A stretch of DNA of 64,000 nt from positions 79,866,948 through 79,930,947 of the forward strand of contig NC_092374.1 of assembly GCF_030028105.1 (NCBI RefSeq), given 5' to 3'. The position numbers and the translations under genes are program-made. Source of the stretch: Mobula birostris (taxonomy: Eukaryota). The notes under the pieces are model-generated. The model was not told where the DNA came from. It did not search any database and was given only the letters and a program-made list of their open reading frames with translations. This document shows, one piece after another, positions 37,526 through 49,596 of this stretch. The stretch's first letter is position 1. Each line of letters begins with the position of its first letter.

Positions 37526-37899
37526 TAGAGTGTGGATGATTCAAATGTGGAGAAATGTGAGGTGTGGCCACACGCGCCAGTTTGGTTTTGTGCGTGTGTG
37601 CGGTGTGTGTGTATTTTGCCTTTAAGAGAATCCCAACACTGTGAATGTGTTGGGCCCTGCCCAGTTGCTTTCTCTTTGATAATTGCTGTTTCTCTGTGAG
37701 AAATTAACTGTCTGCTTTAAGTTTGTACAGTTCCATAGGAAGTTTTAAAGAGGAATACAGCCCAGGCTTTATGTTTTGTGTTTAATCTGTTACTTTGTTA
37801 CTTGCTTCTGCACCTAATTGGTTTCAGGGATGATTCACTTTTCATATTGGCCACATGAAATGTGAGTAAACATTTGGGTAACATTATTCTGGATATGAG

Positions 37900-39071
37900 A
37901 TGCCCATATTTCAGAGGGAATTGAGCAACTGGGGAGCAATTCTTGTAGTTCTTTTGCTTTGGTGTTTTCTAAATACCCGGTGACTAATCAGAAGCAAGTA
38001 CATTTGTATCTCCCGGCATTACAGAACGGCAAAGTGGTGGATGCTGACTTGTGCTGGGAGATCCTGTGATACATTCCTGTGAATGGCATTTGAATTTGCT
38101 CACTGGTCAGATTGCTCAATTTGTATGAAGACTCCTTAATACATCACAGAAGGGATGCCACTGACATCGATCCCTTTGATGAGAAAAAAAAAGACTATTG
38201 GGGGAAATTATCTGGCTTCTCCAATTTTGGCATTCTGATTTGGGGGAGCTGGAAGGGGGTAGTCTATTCCAGCCAAACTCAACCCAGAGTATAGTAACAG
38301 CCCTGAGGGACTTGAGCCTTAATAGCCCTGGTGGACTGAGTGCTTTAAGGGCTGGTATTTCCCTACATACCATTTGCTTAATTGGAATGTCCTGACTCTT
38401 GAAGTGACTTTCCAACCTGGTAGAGTGTTGGTGTAGGCGGTATGTTGAGTACAGGTACAAGGTGCAAAGTGGATAACAAGAGTGAGCAAGAACTGTATCC
38501 TGGGATGGCTGTGTCTATGCCAAATGGTGTTGTGAAGCTGGGAACTTGTTGGAAGCAGAATGGCACTTACTGGATATGCATTTCCTCGGACTATCCATTG
38601 CTCCCAAAGATTGGCGTGGTTGATATGTGGTGCTGTATGTATGCCACCCCAGTGGCCCTGGATGGGCACTATTACAAAGGAATACAAAAGATGACTATTA
38701 CAAAGGAAGGATGTTCTGAATGATAGCCTTTCTCAGCATGGTACGGCCAGACTGTCCCATGAACTGATTTCAATGGCCTTGGATTACCCGCTCACAAATG
38801 AAAGTAGCTCTTGTACTGTTATTGTTAAGGATGCTGCACCTCCTTTCCTGATGGGTTCACTTGGCTTATCATGTCTCAGAGTCAGTGTATAAGATTGTGG
38901 AGGAGCCAGCTATTTGGCTTTTACACTTCAGAGTGGGGCTGGTGGCCTTTTGGAGGCTGGTGGACTGCTGTAGTATACTGGGAGGCAAATATTGGGTGTA
39001 CAGTACTGGGTATTGTACTCTAGTGTTTTATGTACAGCTTAGTTGAGTTTGTGAGAGTCATACTAGTCTGA
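37900..39071 (+). pseudogene. Decayed envelope-like type I membrane glycoprotein
   Basis: MPIFQRELSNWGAILVVLLLWCFL (signal peptide); **EKKR/LLGEII at 38177-38212; CWKQNGTYWIC..WCC..C Cys-rich block with NGT sequon; SEWGWWPFGGWWTAVVYW..IGCTVLGIVL*CFMYSLV (Trp-rich stem + TM) ending just before the PPT. Confidence 0.65.
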
Positions 39072-39165
39072 GGGTTCACTCATCACGTTCACAACTTTTG
39101 AGGGGTGGAGAATCCTGTGGGGTGTGCCTTATTCTGATTGTCAAAAGTTGCCTCCATTGTGATTG

Positions 39166-39339
39166 CAACACACATCAAAGTTGCTGGTGAATGCAGCAGG
39201 CCAAGAAGTCCTGACGGAGGGTCTCGGCCTGAAATGTCGACTGTACCTCTTCCTAGAGATGCTGCCTGGCCTGCTGCGTTCACCAGCAACTCTGATGTGT
39301 GTTGCTTGAATTTCCAGCATCTGCAGTATTCCTGTTGTT
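39166..39339. mobile_element. Penelope-like inverted remnant inserted in the 3' LTR, with 13-bp TSD
   Basis: TCCATTGTGATTG at 39153-39165 and 39340-39352; internal inverted arms CAACACACATCAAAGTTGCTGGTGAA.GCAGCAGGCC / GGCCTGCTGCGTTCACCAGCAACTCTGATGTGTGTTG. Confidence 0.85.
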
Positions 39340-40787
39340 TCCATTGTGATTGGTTAGTTTTGAAACTGCAGCTGCTTTTCCCATTGGATAACTGCCTGGC
39401 GTTCCCTTTGTTTAAGGCAAGATTGGGACGATGTGCTCTACGTGCACTTTTAACTAAGTATGTTCGTTGAACATTCAGCTTTGTGGTGTCTGCAAATTGG
39501 GGAACATGAATGTTTGGTTGAATTTTTACTGTTTGTAAATAAATGATTAATATACCTATTCAAAGTCAGTGCATTTCCTGGCTCATCTGCTGGACCCACA
39601 AACCTGATTCAACATTATAATACCTCTTTCACATACACCCTCAGCCTCCTTCATTCCAAGGACATTTAATACCCTATCCTTTATAATGATAACATGCTTG
39701 AGAATTTCACTGCCGTCTCCAGATTCTCAACTACAATGCCTAGGACAGGGGCTCCCAAACTTTTGCTATGGACCAATGCCATGAAGCAAGGGACCATGGG
39801 CCCCAGGTTGGGAACTCCTGTCTAGAAGAACATCAGCGAGAAGCAGTCATTTAAGAGTTCACCTAGCCCCACACAGTCTGCCACATTGTTAGCTAATGGG
39901 ACTCGCTCCTGGTTACCTTCCTGCCCTTAATATCTTGAGACAGCGGCTTTGGAGTTTCCTTAATCTTATCTGCCTGTTATACTTTGTGCCTCTTTGTTCT
40001 GCTAAGTTCTTCTGTATGTAACTCTTCTAATTCTAGGCCCCCCAAAAAGCCTCCCCCACTTTCAGTTCCATCACCAGTATTGCTTTATTCATCCCTAGGT
40101 ATCGCTCGACATTCAGGGGCTTTCAAGGAGGTCACCCTCAAAGCAGATCTCCCACCTGGTGAACTGTCTCTCTCACTTTGCACCTCCGATATCTGCACCA
40201 CCCTGAGCAGGGTGTTCGTCCAGTTGCTCCATCATTGACGTCGATGAGGACCTTGACACCATTATGATGGTGTCGAGACTAGCGCATGATTTGGATTTAA
40301 GTGAGGGAGAGTTGCGCAGCGTCAGCCTCACTCTCTCTTCCCAATTCCCATCTGGATCCAGTGGCAAGACAGAGTCTAGACGGCTGGAGATGGGACTAGG
40401 CGCAGTGGATGACCAGGACGTCTTCTGTGTCTTGTCCTGCTCTACACATTCCACGACGCTTGCAGAGACCGCCTTCTTGACCGTTGGACCTTCCATTGGT
40501 CTCGTCAGCTCAATCCGCCGGAGTCTGTCTTCACATGCTGGGATAGACAACTCCCTATCTCACCGAGGGTTTGAGACCCATCGGCTACCCTCACCTGGTT
40601 TAGCCGGCTTGTCGAAGCCGTTGCCCGGGGTGTGGCCACTGTCACATGCAAACAGCTACGGGGAGCCACAGTTGAGAGCTGAGTGCCAGGTGGGGACCAA
40701 AGGTGGACTAACTGCCCTGAAAAGGACGCGACAAGTTCCCCCACCAGAGGTGCTACCCCTCCCTGACACCCCATACACCCCAGCAGG

Positions 40788-42347
40788 GTGAATGTACGGA
40801 AGGCAGTTGGTCCGGATGGAACACCTGGCCGCGTGCTCAGAGTCTGTGCAGGACAGTTGGCCGGGGTCTTCACGGACATTTTTAATCTGTCTCTGGCCCA
40901 GGCAGTTCTCCCCACAAGCTTCAAGATCGCCACCATCATGCCACATGCCAGTGCCGAAGCATTCCACTGCCATGGGCCTGAATGACTTCCGTCCAGTTGC
41001 ACTCACCCCCATCATTGCAAACTGCTTTGAGAGACTGGTTCTACCACATCTGAAATCCTGTCTGCCCACTACCCTGGACCCCCATCAATTTGCCTATCGC
41101 ACCAACAGGTCAACAGAGGATGCCATCTCCATGGTACTTCACTCTGCCCTGACCCACCTGGACAGCCCCTACTCTTATGTCAGAATGCTGTTCATTGACT
41201 TTAGTTCAGCATTCAATACTGTGATCCCCTCCAAGCTGATCGCTAAACTTCACCAGCTTGGTATCAGCTCATCCCTCTGCAATTGGACCTTGGACTTTCT
41301 GACTAACAGACCCCAATCAGTTAAGTTAGACAACCTCTTCTCCTCCACTCTCACCCTGAACACCAGCGTGCCTCAAGGCTGTGTGCTGAGCCCTCTTCTG
41401 TACTCCCTCTTCACCTATGACTGCGTTCCTGTACATGGTTCTAACTCCATAATCAAGTTCGCAGACAACACCACTGTGGTTGGCCTGATCAGAAGGGATG
41501 ACGAGACGGCCTACAGGGACAAGGTCCAGCACCAGACCGCGTGGTGTGCCAATAACAACCTGGCCCTTAACACCCAGAAGACCAAGGAGATCATTGTGGA
41601 CTTCAGGCATGCTAGGAGCCACACTCACGTCCCCATCTACATCAACTGAGCCATAGTGGAGTGTGTATCAAGCCTCAAATTCCCTGGTGTCCACATTTCT
41701 GAGGATCTCACTTGGTCCCTGAACTGCTCCATCCTGATTAAAAAGGCGCAACAGTGCCTTTATTTCCTGTGGAGCATCAAGAAAGCTCACCTCTGTCCCA
41801 GGATATTGATGGACTTTTACCGCTGTACCATTGAGAGCATACTCACCAACTGCATCTCAGTGTGGTATGGCAATTGTCCCATATTGGACTGCAAAGCACC
41901 CCAGCGTGTGGTGAAAACTGCCCAGCGGATTATCGGCACCCAATTGCCCACCATTGAGAACATCTACCATAAACGCTGTCTGGGCAGGGCGAAAAGCATT
42001 ATCAAGTATGCAACTCAACCTAACCATTGACTTTTTACTCTCCTCCCATCCGATAGATGCTACAGGAGCCTCCACTCCCGCACCAGCAGGCACAGGAAGA
42101 GCTTCTTCCCTGAGGCTGTGACCCTGCTGAACCTCACATCACAGCGCTAAGCAGTATTGCACCCATATTGTCCTGTCTCAATACCTTTATATTTGTGTGC
42201 TGTAGCACTTACTTTTTATTCACAGTGATTTTGTAAATAACACTATTCTTTGCATTTCTGGTTAGATGCTAACTGCATTTCATTGGCTTTGTATCTGTAC
42301 TCAGCACAATGACAATAAAGTTGAATCTAATCTAATCTAACCTAATC
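40788..42347 (+). mobile_element. Rex/Babar-type LINE RT, 5'-truncated, with (CTAAT)n tail
   Basis: ORF 40792-41649 ([44 protein letters not shown]); AATAAA followed by the tail. Confidence 0.92.
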
Positions 42348-44407
42348 TTTCAGATTTCCCTACGTACCTTCGACTCTTCTGCAAACATGTTGTTCCAACC
42401 CGGATCTCATCTACACCTCCTCACAAACTCTGGCCCACACACCTGTCAACTTCACTTCTGAATGTTATTTGCTGACTTTTATTGTTTGCACAATCTTCTT
42501 TTTTCTGCACATTGGTTGTTTGATGGAGCTCTACAGGGTTTCTTTGGTTTGTGGCTGCCTATAAGGAGATGAATCTCAGGTTGTATAAATAGACAAATGT
42601 ACTTCTGGACTTTTTTTTTAAACTTTTGAATTCACTTCTGAAACATATCAGATGTGCCATCAAGAAGCTGATCCTCCAGTACTGTTTTTCTCTGATGCAA
42701 TCACATTCCTCTGAAGTTAGTGCCACCCCACCCCTCCCCTCCCCAACCCCCTGAAATTTCAGAACCTTATTCCTGCTTGATCCTCATCCCCTTTCATAAT
42801 TAGATTGAGTTAAGGACTAATGGCCATTATCTTTAATGTGCACAGTTTAGACACAGAAATAGGCCACTCAGTCATTGTGTCCTTGCTAGCACATTGTAAC
42901 AATAAATCATTCACAGCTCCTCCGGTCTGTTCTTTGTAGGCTTGCTGATTTGGTCTCAGTTGTGTCATTGAGTTACCCTTTGAAGGCTACAATGGTACCA
43001 ACAACTCACACCACAGGCAGGGCAGTCCAGATTTGAATGGAAACAATATTATCCCCTAACTCTACTGGCGACCTCTACCCCTTGACTCCTGCACCAAACG
43101 TAACAGCATGCTGCAATCCACTCTGTCCAGTGGACCCATGTCTTCCAATACAGATTGCTGTTGCTTTACACACTGAGCATCCTATGGCTGGGATCTTCCT
43201 GTAAAGCTCCAGCAACCCACATGAAACCTCTTGGGGGAATCTATAGACCAGAGTGAATATGCTGGAAAACCTTTAAAGAGGAAACAGTTAAATTTTCTGA
43301 ACCAGGACCTCTGGTCCATTGTAACCATCACCAGCACCAAATACTTGCCCCCCCTCCCCTCCACGTCTGAACACGATCACTCCCTTCACAGCTGACTATT
43401 CCTCACCTACCACTTGTCATATGGCCCTTTGCCATGGAACTGCAGCAGGTTCAACTCTCTCCTTTCACAAACAAGAGATTCCGCAGATGCTGGAAATCCT
43501 GAGCAACGCACAAAATGCTGGAGGATCTCAGCAGGTCAGGCAGCATCTATGGAAATGAACAGACAATCGACGTTTCAGGCCAAGACCCATTATCAGGGTT
43601 CTGGCCCAAATCGTTAGCTGGGTGATTATGGGCTGGTCATTGTCCTCACTATCAGCTGGGAGGCAGCAGCATCAATTTCATAGGCAGTGGTCAGCTCACC
43701 GCTCTCTTCAGCTTTCAAATGAGTCACCTACCCTGTGCAGAAAATCTCTCCCTGGGTCTGCATTTCCTGCAGAAATGTGAACAACCAAAGTCTGGGAATT
43801 GGGCTGTGAGTTTGCTGTTAGGACCATGGTCCACTTAGGCAGAGCTGGACTGGGTTAAACAGAGGGCAAATTCAACATGTACGATGAATATTTGATATTG
43901 TAGTCATAGCAGAGAGACAAGGTGGAGATTGGAAACTACCAGTAGAATCAGAATTAGGTTTATCATTGTGATCATGGCCCAGTTCTAGACTCCAGACGAA
44001 ACAAACTCACCAGTCGCTCAGTCTAAATCTTTCAATACAATCCTCTCCTTCCATTTCAAGTACAAGATCATCTTAACTCAACCAAATACAGAAACAGAGG
44101 AGCTCTTGGAACCCACAAAAGGCCCCTTGAGGTCAAGGCTCCTCCCAGTGGATCAAAACCAGTCCTGTTTCTCCTTAAACAGAGGCAGCAGTGACAAACT
44201 GATCTACAAATGTCACACGGATGCATCCAGTTCTGATGTCAGTAACCATGCAGCACTGCTGTGGTCAGAGACCCACCCATTGGCTCCTGGTTCCCATGGT
44301 GATACCTCAGTGTAAATTGGCCGACCCCATACCCAGGGAAATTAGATACCGCACCTGGTGGAAACAGCCACTGCTTTGTTGCCTTCAAATCAGTAATTCA
44401 ACAGGGT

Positions 44408-46750
44408 TTACCAGTGGTTCCTGTCCAGGAATGAGGCTGTCAGAACAACAGAGAGCAGAGAAAGAGTTGTCCCAGTCAGAGCCACAGACAGAACCACCAC
44501 AGTCTCCACAACTACAGAGCAACGAGAAACCATGGTCAGTGAGGGAAACACAAAAGGGCAAGTGGGAACAGTCAGTGGGCCAACTCACCCCCTAGACACC
44601 TCTCCAGTGTCTGAGGTTCAATCTCACTCAGAGAATCAGTTGCCAGGTGGGTCGTAGTGTCCAGAATGACCAGGGGTCCCAATGAAGCAAATTCCTCCCG
44701 ATTTAGTCCAGCACTCCTCCCTGCAGAATCACGCATTCCAGTTAGTAGCTGGTGTGGGAAAGAGAGAGGGCACATTATACCACCCAGACCTTCAACGTTT
44801 TACCAGTTTCAGGAACAAGCTCCCTCCTTCCTCTGGAAGGGAATTGGAACTTCTCTGTGGTGTTCTGAAGTTGCTCATGTGACAACAGGCATAAACATAA
44901 ACGCATGATTCTTCCAGTGGAATCTAGCTAATCCATCAGTCAGGTGGGAGTACACTTCACCAGGAACCCTCCCGAGGGGGAGGTGGGACGCTCACATTCT
45001 GTATCTTCTGGAAAGTACAAACTTTGCTCATGGAATCTCTCCGATCCACTGCAGCAACTCTCAGGAGACAGCTGCTGAAAACCTGGGGACACAATGAACA
45101 ATTCATTTAGTGACTCGCTGGGAAACAGAGAACATCACATCTGGACTCTTCTTAACAAGGAACGTTTGTCTCCAAGGAAGAGGAATGCATCCAGGTTAAA
45201 CCAGAGCAGGTCCAGCTCATGCTCACCTCTCGGCAGCACGAAGGTTGAAGAGGAGTCATCAGCTCCACTGTCCAGCTGGCAGCTGGGGTTGAAAGGATAT
45301 GAATTGAGTCAAGTGAAGCCACTGAGACAGGAGTAGCTGGAGAAAGCAGATAGCTCCTTACTCATTGTAGTCAATGATGGTGTATTTGGGATTAGAGTCT
45401 TTGTCTGGACTACACACTAGTCAGTGTAGAGCTTCAGGGGCCTGTTGATCATTGAAACAGAGGCCTCAATGGGAATGAGGTCCCCCAGGTCGTAGATAGT
45501 GGAGGTGCGCTCTGTGACTCAATCATCTAGAGAACAAGACAACAAGGGTTGGAGACATGGGTCTAACTCCCGATAGGAAACTCAGGAGGCCCACTCCCCA
45601 CTCACCGAGCACACACCATTCATTAGATACAGTGAGAATGACAGATGCCCTTCTCCAGCCTTGGTGGAGCTAAACAGAATTCAGGTGGGTTTGATCGGGT
45701 CACTGCTCACATTTCCCTTCCTGCAGGGGAGGAGAAGCCATTTTAGGAGAACTTCAGCAAGGGCATTAGTCGAGGATCTCAGCAGTGAATTCACCCAGCA
45801 GTTACCTGAATTAACAGCACTGGAAGGGAATGATGGCTGCATTAGTTTGTACAATGACAGATCCGTGAGCTGGGGGGTATGGTTCAGATGGGAGGTGTAG
45901 ACCAGGAAGTCTCCTGAAAAACACAAGGAACAGGGCTCAGTGCAGAGAGTGGGCAGTCTGGTCATAAAACTAGTCCCCGTCACAATTATTTCTGATCGAC
46001 ACAAGTCCCAGTTACTTGTCCTGTAACCCATGCATTCAGTCCTCCCTTGAATGGAGTGAAATTTAATTTAACCACTTTGTAGGTTGCTGGGCTGCCTGTG
46101 ACGAGAGAGGCATCAGAATCCACAATCCTCACTGTTTCCGGAGTGCCAGCTGTGGCCAGTGGGGATCACTCACACCAAGAGAGATGCTCATTCATGAGGG
46201 TCCTGTCCCAAGACTTCAGCCAAATATAACAGCACCTTCAGTGCAGACCCACAGCAGATGCTGCCTCTTGGATGAATTCGTCCAATCCTTCAATCATTCC
46301 ACTGCAACAAAGAAAGATTTCACTCTCTACAACCACAGCAGGAGGCTGAAGGGAGCCATGAATAGCAGGAAGTAAAAGGTCAGGAAGCGTGAATCAACTT
46401 CAAGCCATCCCTGGAACAAGAGCAAGTCACAATTCCAGAGCCCAACTAGAGGATTGATCACCCAGTGGTCAGGAGTCAATGTAAGACCCACCCAGACATC
46501 CAGCTCAGGATAAGAGTTGGAGAGGGCCCTCACCTGCAATCTGCTACTACTCTCCTGGAGCCTAGAGTCAAAAACAATCATGTGGCTCTGGGAGAGGATC
46601 CCAGGTGGCCGAAAAGCTGTGGTCCCCAGTGTCAGGTCAGGTGCCCAGACCCAAATAAATCCCTGTGGACCCAGAGCAGTCGGTTGTGCTCCCCGCACTG
46701 CACTGTCACAGTCTGCAGTGGAGACACTCTTCATCCCTCACCCACTCCGA
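44408..46750 (-). pseudogene. zp3: ZP3-like (zona pellucida sperm-binding protein 3) pseudogene, copy 1, ~9 exons
   Basis: Spliced manual translation: SPLQTVTVQCGEHN..DLFGSGHL..DLTLG | DFLVYTSHLNHTP..IIPFQC | GNVSSDPIKPT*..SSTKAGEGHLSFSLYLMN | ERTSTIYDLGDLIPIEASV..PLKLYTD*CV..PDKDSNPKYTIIDYN | CQLDS..STFVLPR..FNLDAFLFLGD | ..CTFQK | IPLEE..ACCH..SRGRR (furin) | ASLGPLVIL | VVVLSVALTGTTLSLLSAVL (TM). Contains stops, frameshifts and a GT>TT donor; signal-peptide part missing. Confidence 0.9.
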
Positions 46751-49596
46751 GTTCCATTGGAAGAATTTATAGTTTACTCTTACAATGGGACAAGCGTCAT
46801 TTATTTAAGATTAAACACGATTGGGAAAAGTGCAGTTCGGTGGGACTAGGTGAGAGTAAAAGTTCGGCATGGACTAGAAGGGCTGAGATGGCCTGTTTCC
46901 GTGCTGTAATCGTTACATGGTCATATGGTTATTTCCTGCAGAGCATCAAGAAAGCTCACCTCTGTCCCAGGATACTGACGGACTTTTAAAGCTGTGCCAT
47001 TGAGCGCATACTCACCAACGGTATCTCAGTGTGGTATGCCAATTGTCCCGTATAGGACTGCAAAGCACTCCAGCGTGAGGTGAAAGCTGCCCAGCAGATT
47101 ATCGGCACCCAATTGCCCACCATTGAGAACATCTACCATAAACGCTGCCTGGGCAGGGCGAAAAGCATTATCAAGGATGCATCTCACCCTAACCATGGAC
47201 TTTTTACTCTCCTCCCATCCGGTAGGCGCTACAGGAGCCTCCATTCCCGCACCAGCAGGCATAGGAAGAGCTTCTTCCCTGAGGCTGTGACCCTGCTGAA
47301 CCTCACATCACAGCACTAAGCAGTATTGCACCCATATTGTCCTGTCTCAGTACTTTTATATTTGTGTGCTGTAGCACTTACTTTTTATTCACTGTTATTT
47401 TGTAAATAACACTATTCTTTGCATTTCTGGTTAGATGCTAACTGCATTTCATTGGCTTTGTATCTGTACTTGGCACAATGACAATAAAGTTGAATCTAAT
47501 CTAATCTAATCTAATCTAATCTTTCAGATTTCCCTACGTACCTTCGACTCTTCTGAAAACATGTTGTTCAAACTCAGATCTCATCTACACTTCCTCACAA
47601 ACTCTGGCCCACACACCTGTCGACTTCAGTTCTCAATGTTATTTGCTGACTTTTATTGTTTGCACAATCTTCTTCTTTCTGCACATTGGTTGTTTGATGG
47701 AGCTCTACAGGGTTTCTTTGGTTTGTGGCTGCCTATAAGGAGACGAATCTCAAGGTTGTATAAGTAGACAAACTTTAATAAATGTACTTCTGAACTTTTT
47801 TTTAAACTTTTGAATTCACTTCTGAAACATATCAGATGCACCTTCAAGAAGCTGATCCTCCAGTACTGATTTTCTCTGATGCAATCACATTCCTCTGAAG
47901 TTAGCGTCACCCCACCCTACCCCTCCCCTCCCCCCTACAAATTCAGAACCTCATTCCTGCTTGATCCTCATCCCCGTTCATAATTAGATTGAGTTAAGGA
48001 CTAATGGCCATTATCTTTAATGTGCACGGCTTTGGCACAGAAATAAGCCACTCAGTCATTGTGTCCTTGTTAGCTCACTGTAACAATAAATCATTCACAG
48101 CTCCTCCGGTCTGTTCTTTGTAGGCTTGCTGATTTGTTCTCAGTTGTGTCATTGAGTTACCCTTTGAAGGCTACAATGGTACCAACAACTCACACCACAG
48201 TCAGGGCAGTCCAGATTTGAATGGAAACAATATTATCCCCTAACTCTACTGGCGACCTCTACCCCTTGACTCCTGCACCAAACGTAACAGCGTGCTGCCA
48301 TCCACTCTGTCCAGTGGACCCATGCCTTCCAACACAGATTGCTGTTGCTTTAAACACTGAGCATCCTATGGCTGGGATCTTCCTGTAAAGCTCCAGCAAC
48401 TCACATGAAACCTCTTGGGGGAATCTGTAGACCAGGGTGAATATGCTGGAAAATCTTTAAAGAAGAAACAGTTAAGTTTTCTGAACCAGGACCCCTGGTC
48501 CATTGTAACTTTCACCAGCACCAAACGCTTGCCCCCCTCCCCTCCGCATCTGAACGCGATTACTCCCTTCACAGCTGACTATTCCTCACCTACCACTTGT
48601 CATATGGCCCTTTGCCATGGAACTGCAGCAGGTTCAACTCTCTCCTTTCACAAACAAGAGATTCCGCAGATGCTGGAAATCCTGAGCAACACACAAAATG
48701 CTGGAGGATCTCAGCAGGTCAGGCAGCATCTATGGAAATGAACAGACAATCGACGTTTCAGGCCAAGACCCGTTACCAGGGTTCTGGCCCAAATCGTTAG
48801 CTGGGTGATTATGGGCTGGTCGTTGTCCTCACTATCAGCTGGGAGGCAGCAGCATCAATTTCATAGGCAGTGGTCAGCTCACCGCTCTCTTCAGCTTTCA
48901 AATGAGTCACCTACCCTGTGCAGAAAATCTCTCCCTGGGTCTGCATTTCCTGCAGAAATGTGGACAACCAAAGTCTGGGAATTGGGTTGTGCAGATAATG
49001 ACCACTGAGTTCACTGATAGGACCATGGCCCACTTAGGCAGAGCTGGACTGGGTTAAACAGAGGGCAATTTCAACATGTACAGATGAATATTTGATATTG
49101 TGGTCACAGCAGAGAGACAGGGTGGAGATTGGAAACTAACAATAGAATCAGAAGCAGCTTTACTATTGTGATCATGCCCAGTTCTAGAATCCAGACGAAA
49201 CAAACTCACCAGTCGCTCAGTCTAAATCTTTCAATACAATCCTCTCCCTCTATTTCAAGTACAAGATCATCTTAACTCACCCCATACAAAAATTGAGGCG
49301 CTCTTGCAACTTACAAAAGGCCCCTTGAGGTCAAGGCTCCTCCCAGTGGATCAAAACCAGTCCTGTTTCTCCTTAAACAGAGGCAGCAGTGACAAACTGA
49401 TCTACAAATGTCACACGGATGCATCCAGTTCTGATGTCAGTAACCATCATAACCCATTGGCTCCTGGTTCCCATGGTGATACCTCAGCGTAAACTGCCGA
49501 CCCCATACCCAGGGAAATTAGATACCGCACGTGGTGGAAACACCTGGTGGAAACAGCCACTGCTTTGTTGCCTTCAAATCAGTAATTCAACAGGGT

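Larger units (their letters stand above)
34223..39619 (+). mobile_element. Old LTR element with gag-like and env-like remnants and no pol
   Basis: Homologous LTRs ~34223-34541 and ~39106-39619 (shared GAAACTGCAGCTGCTTTTC, TTTTAACTAAGTATGTT, GAATTTTTACTGTTTGTAAATAAAT, AAGTCAGTGCATTTCCTG); PBS-like ATGCTGCGAACAGGG after the 5' LTR; purine tract before the 3' LTR; no clear TSD. Confidence 0.8.

Noticed and set aside
40173-40791. 175-aa ORF 40264-40791 as LINE ORF1 or a host gene
   Set aside because: No domain was recognised; the region looks like an unclassified CpG-rich repeat fragment abutting a 5'-truncated RT.
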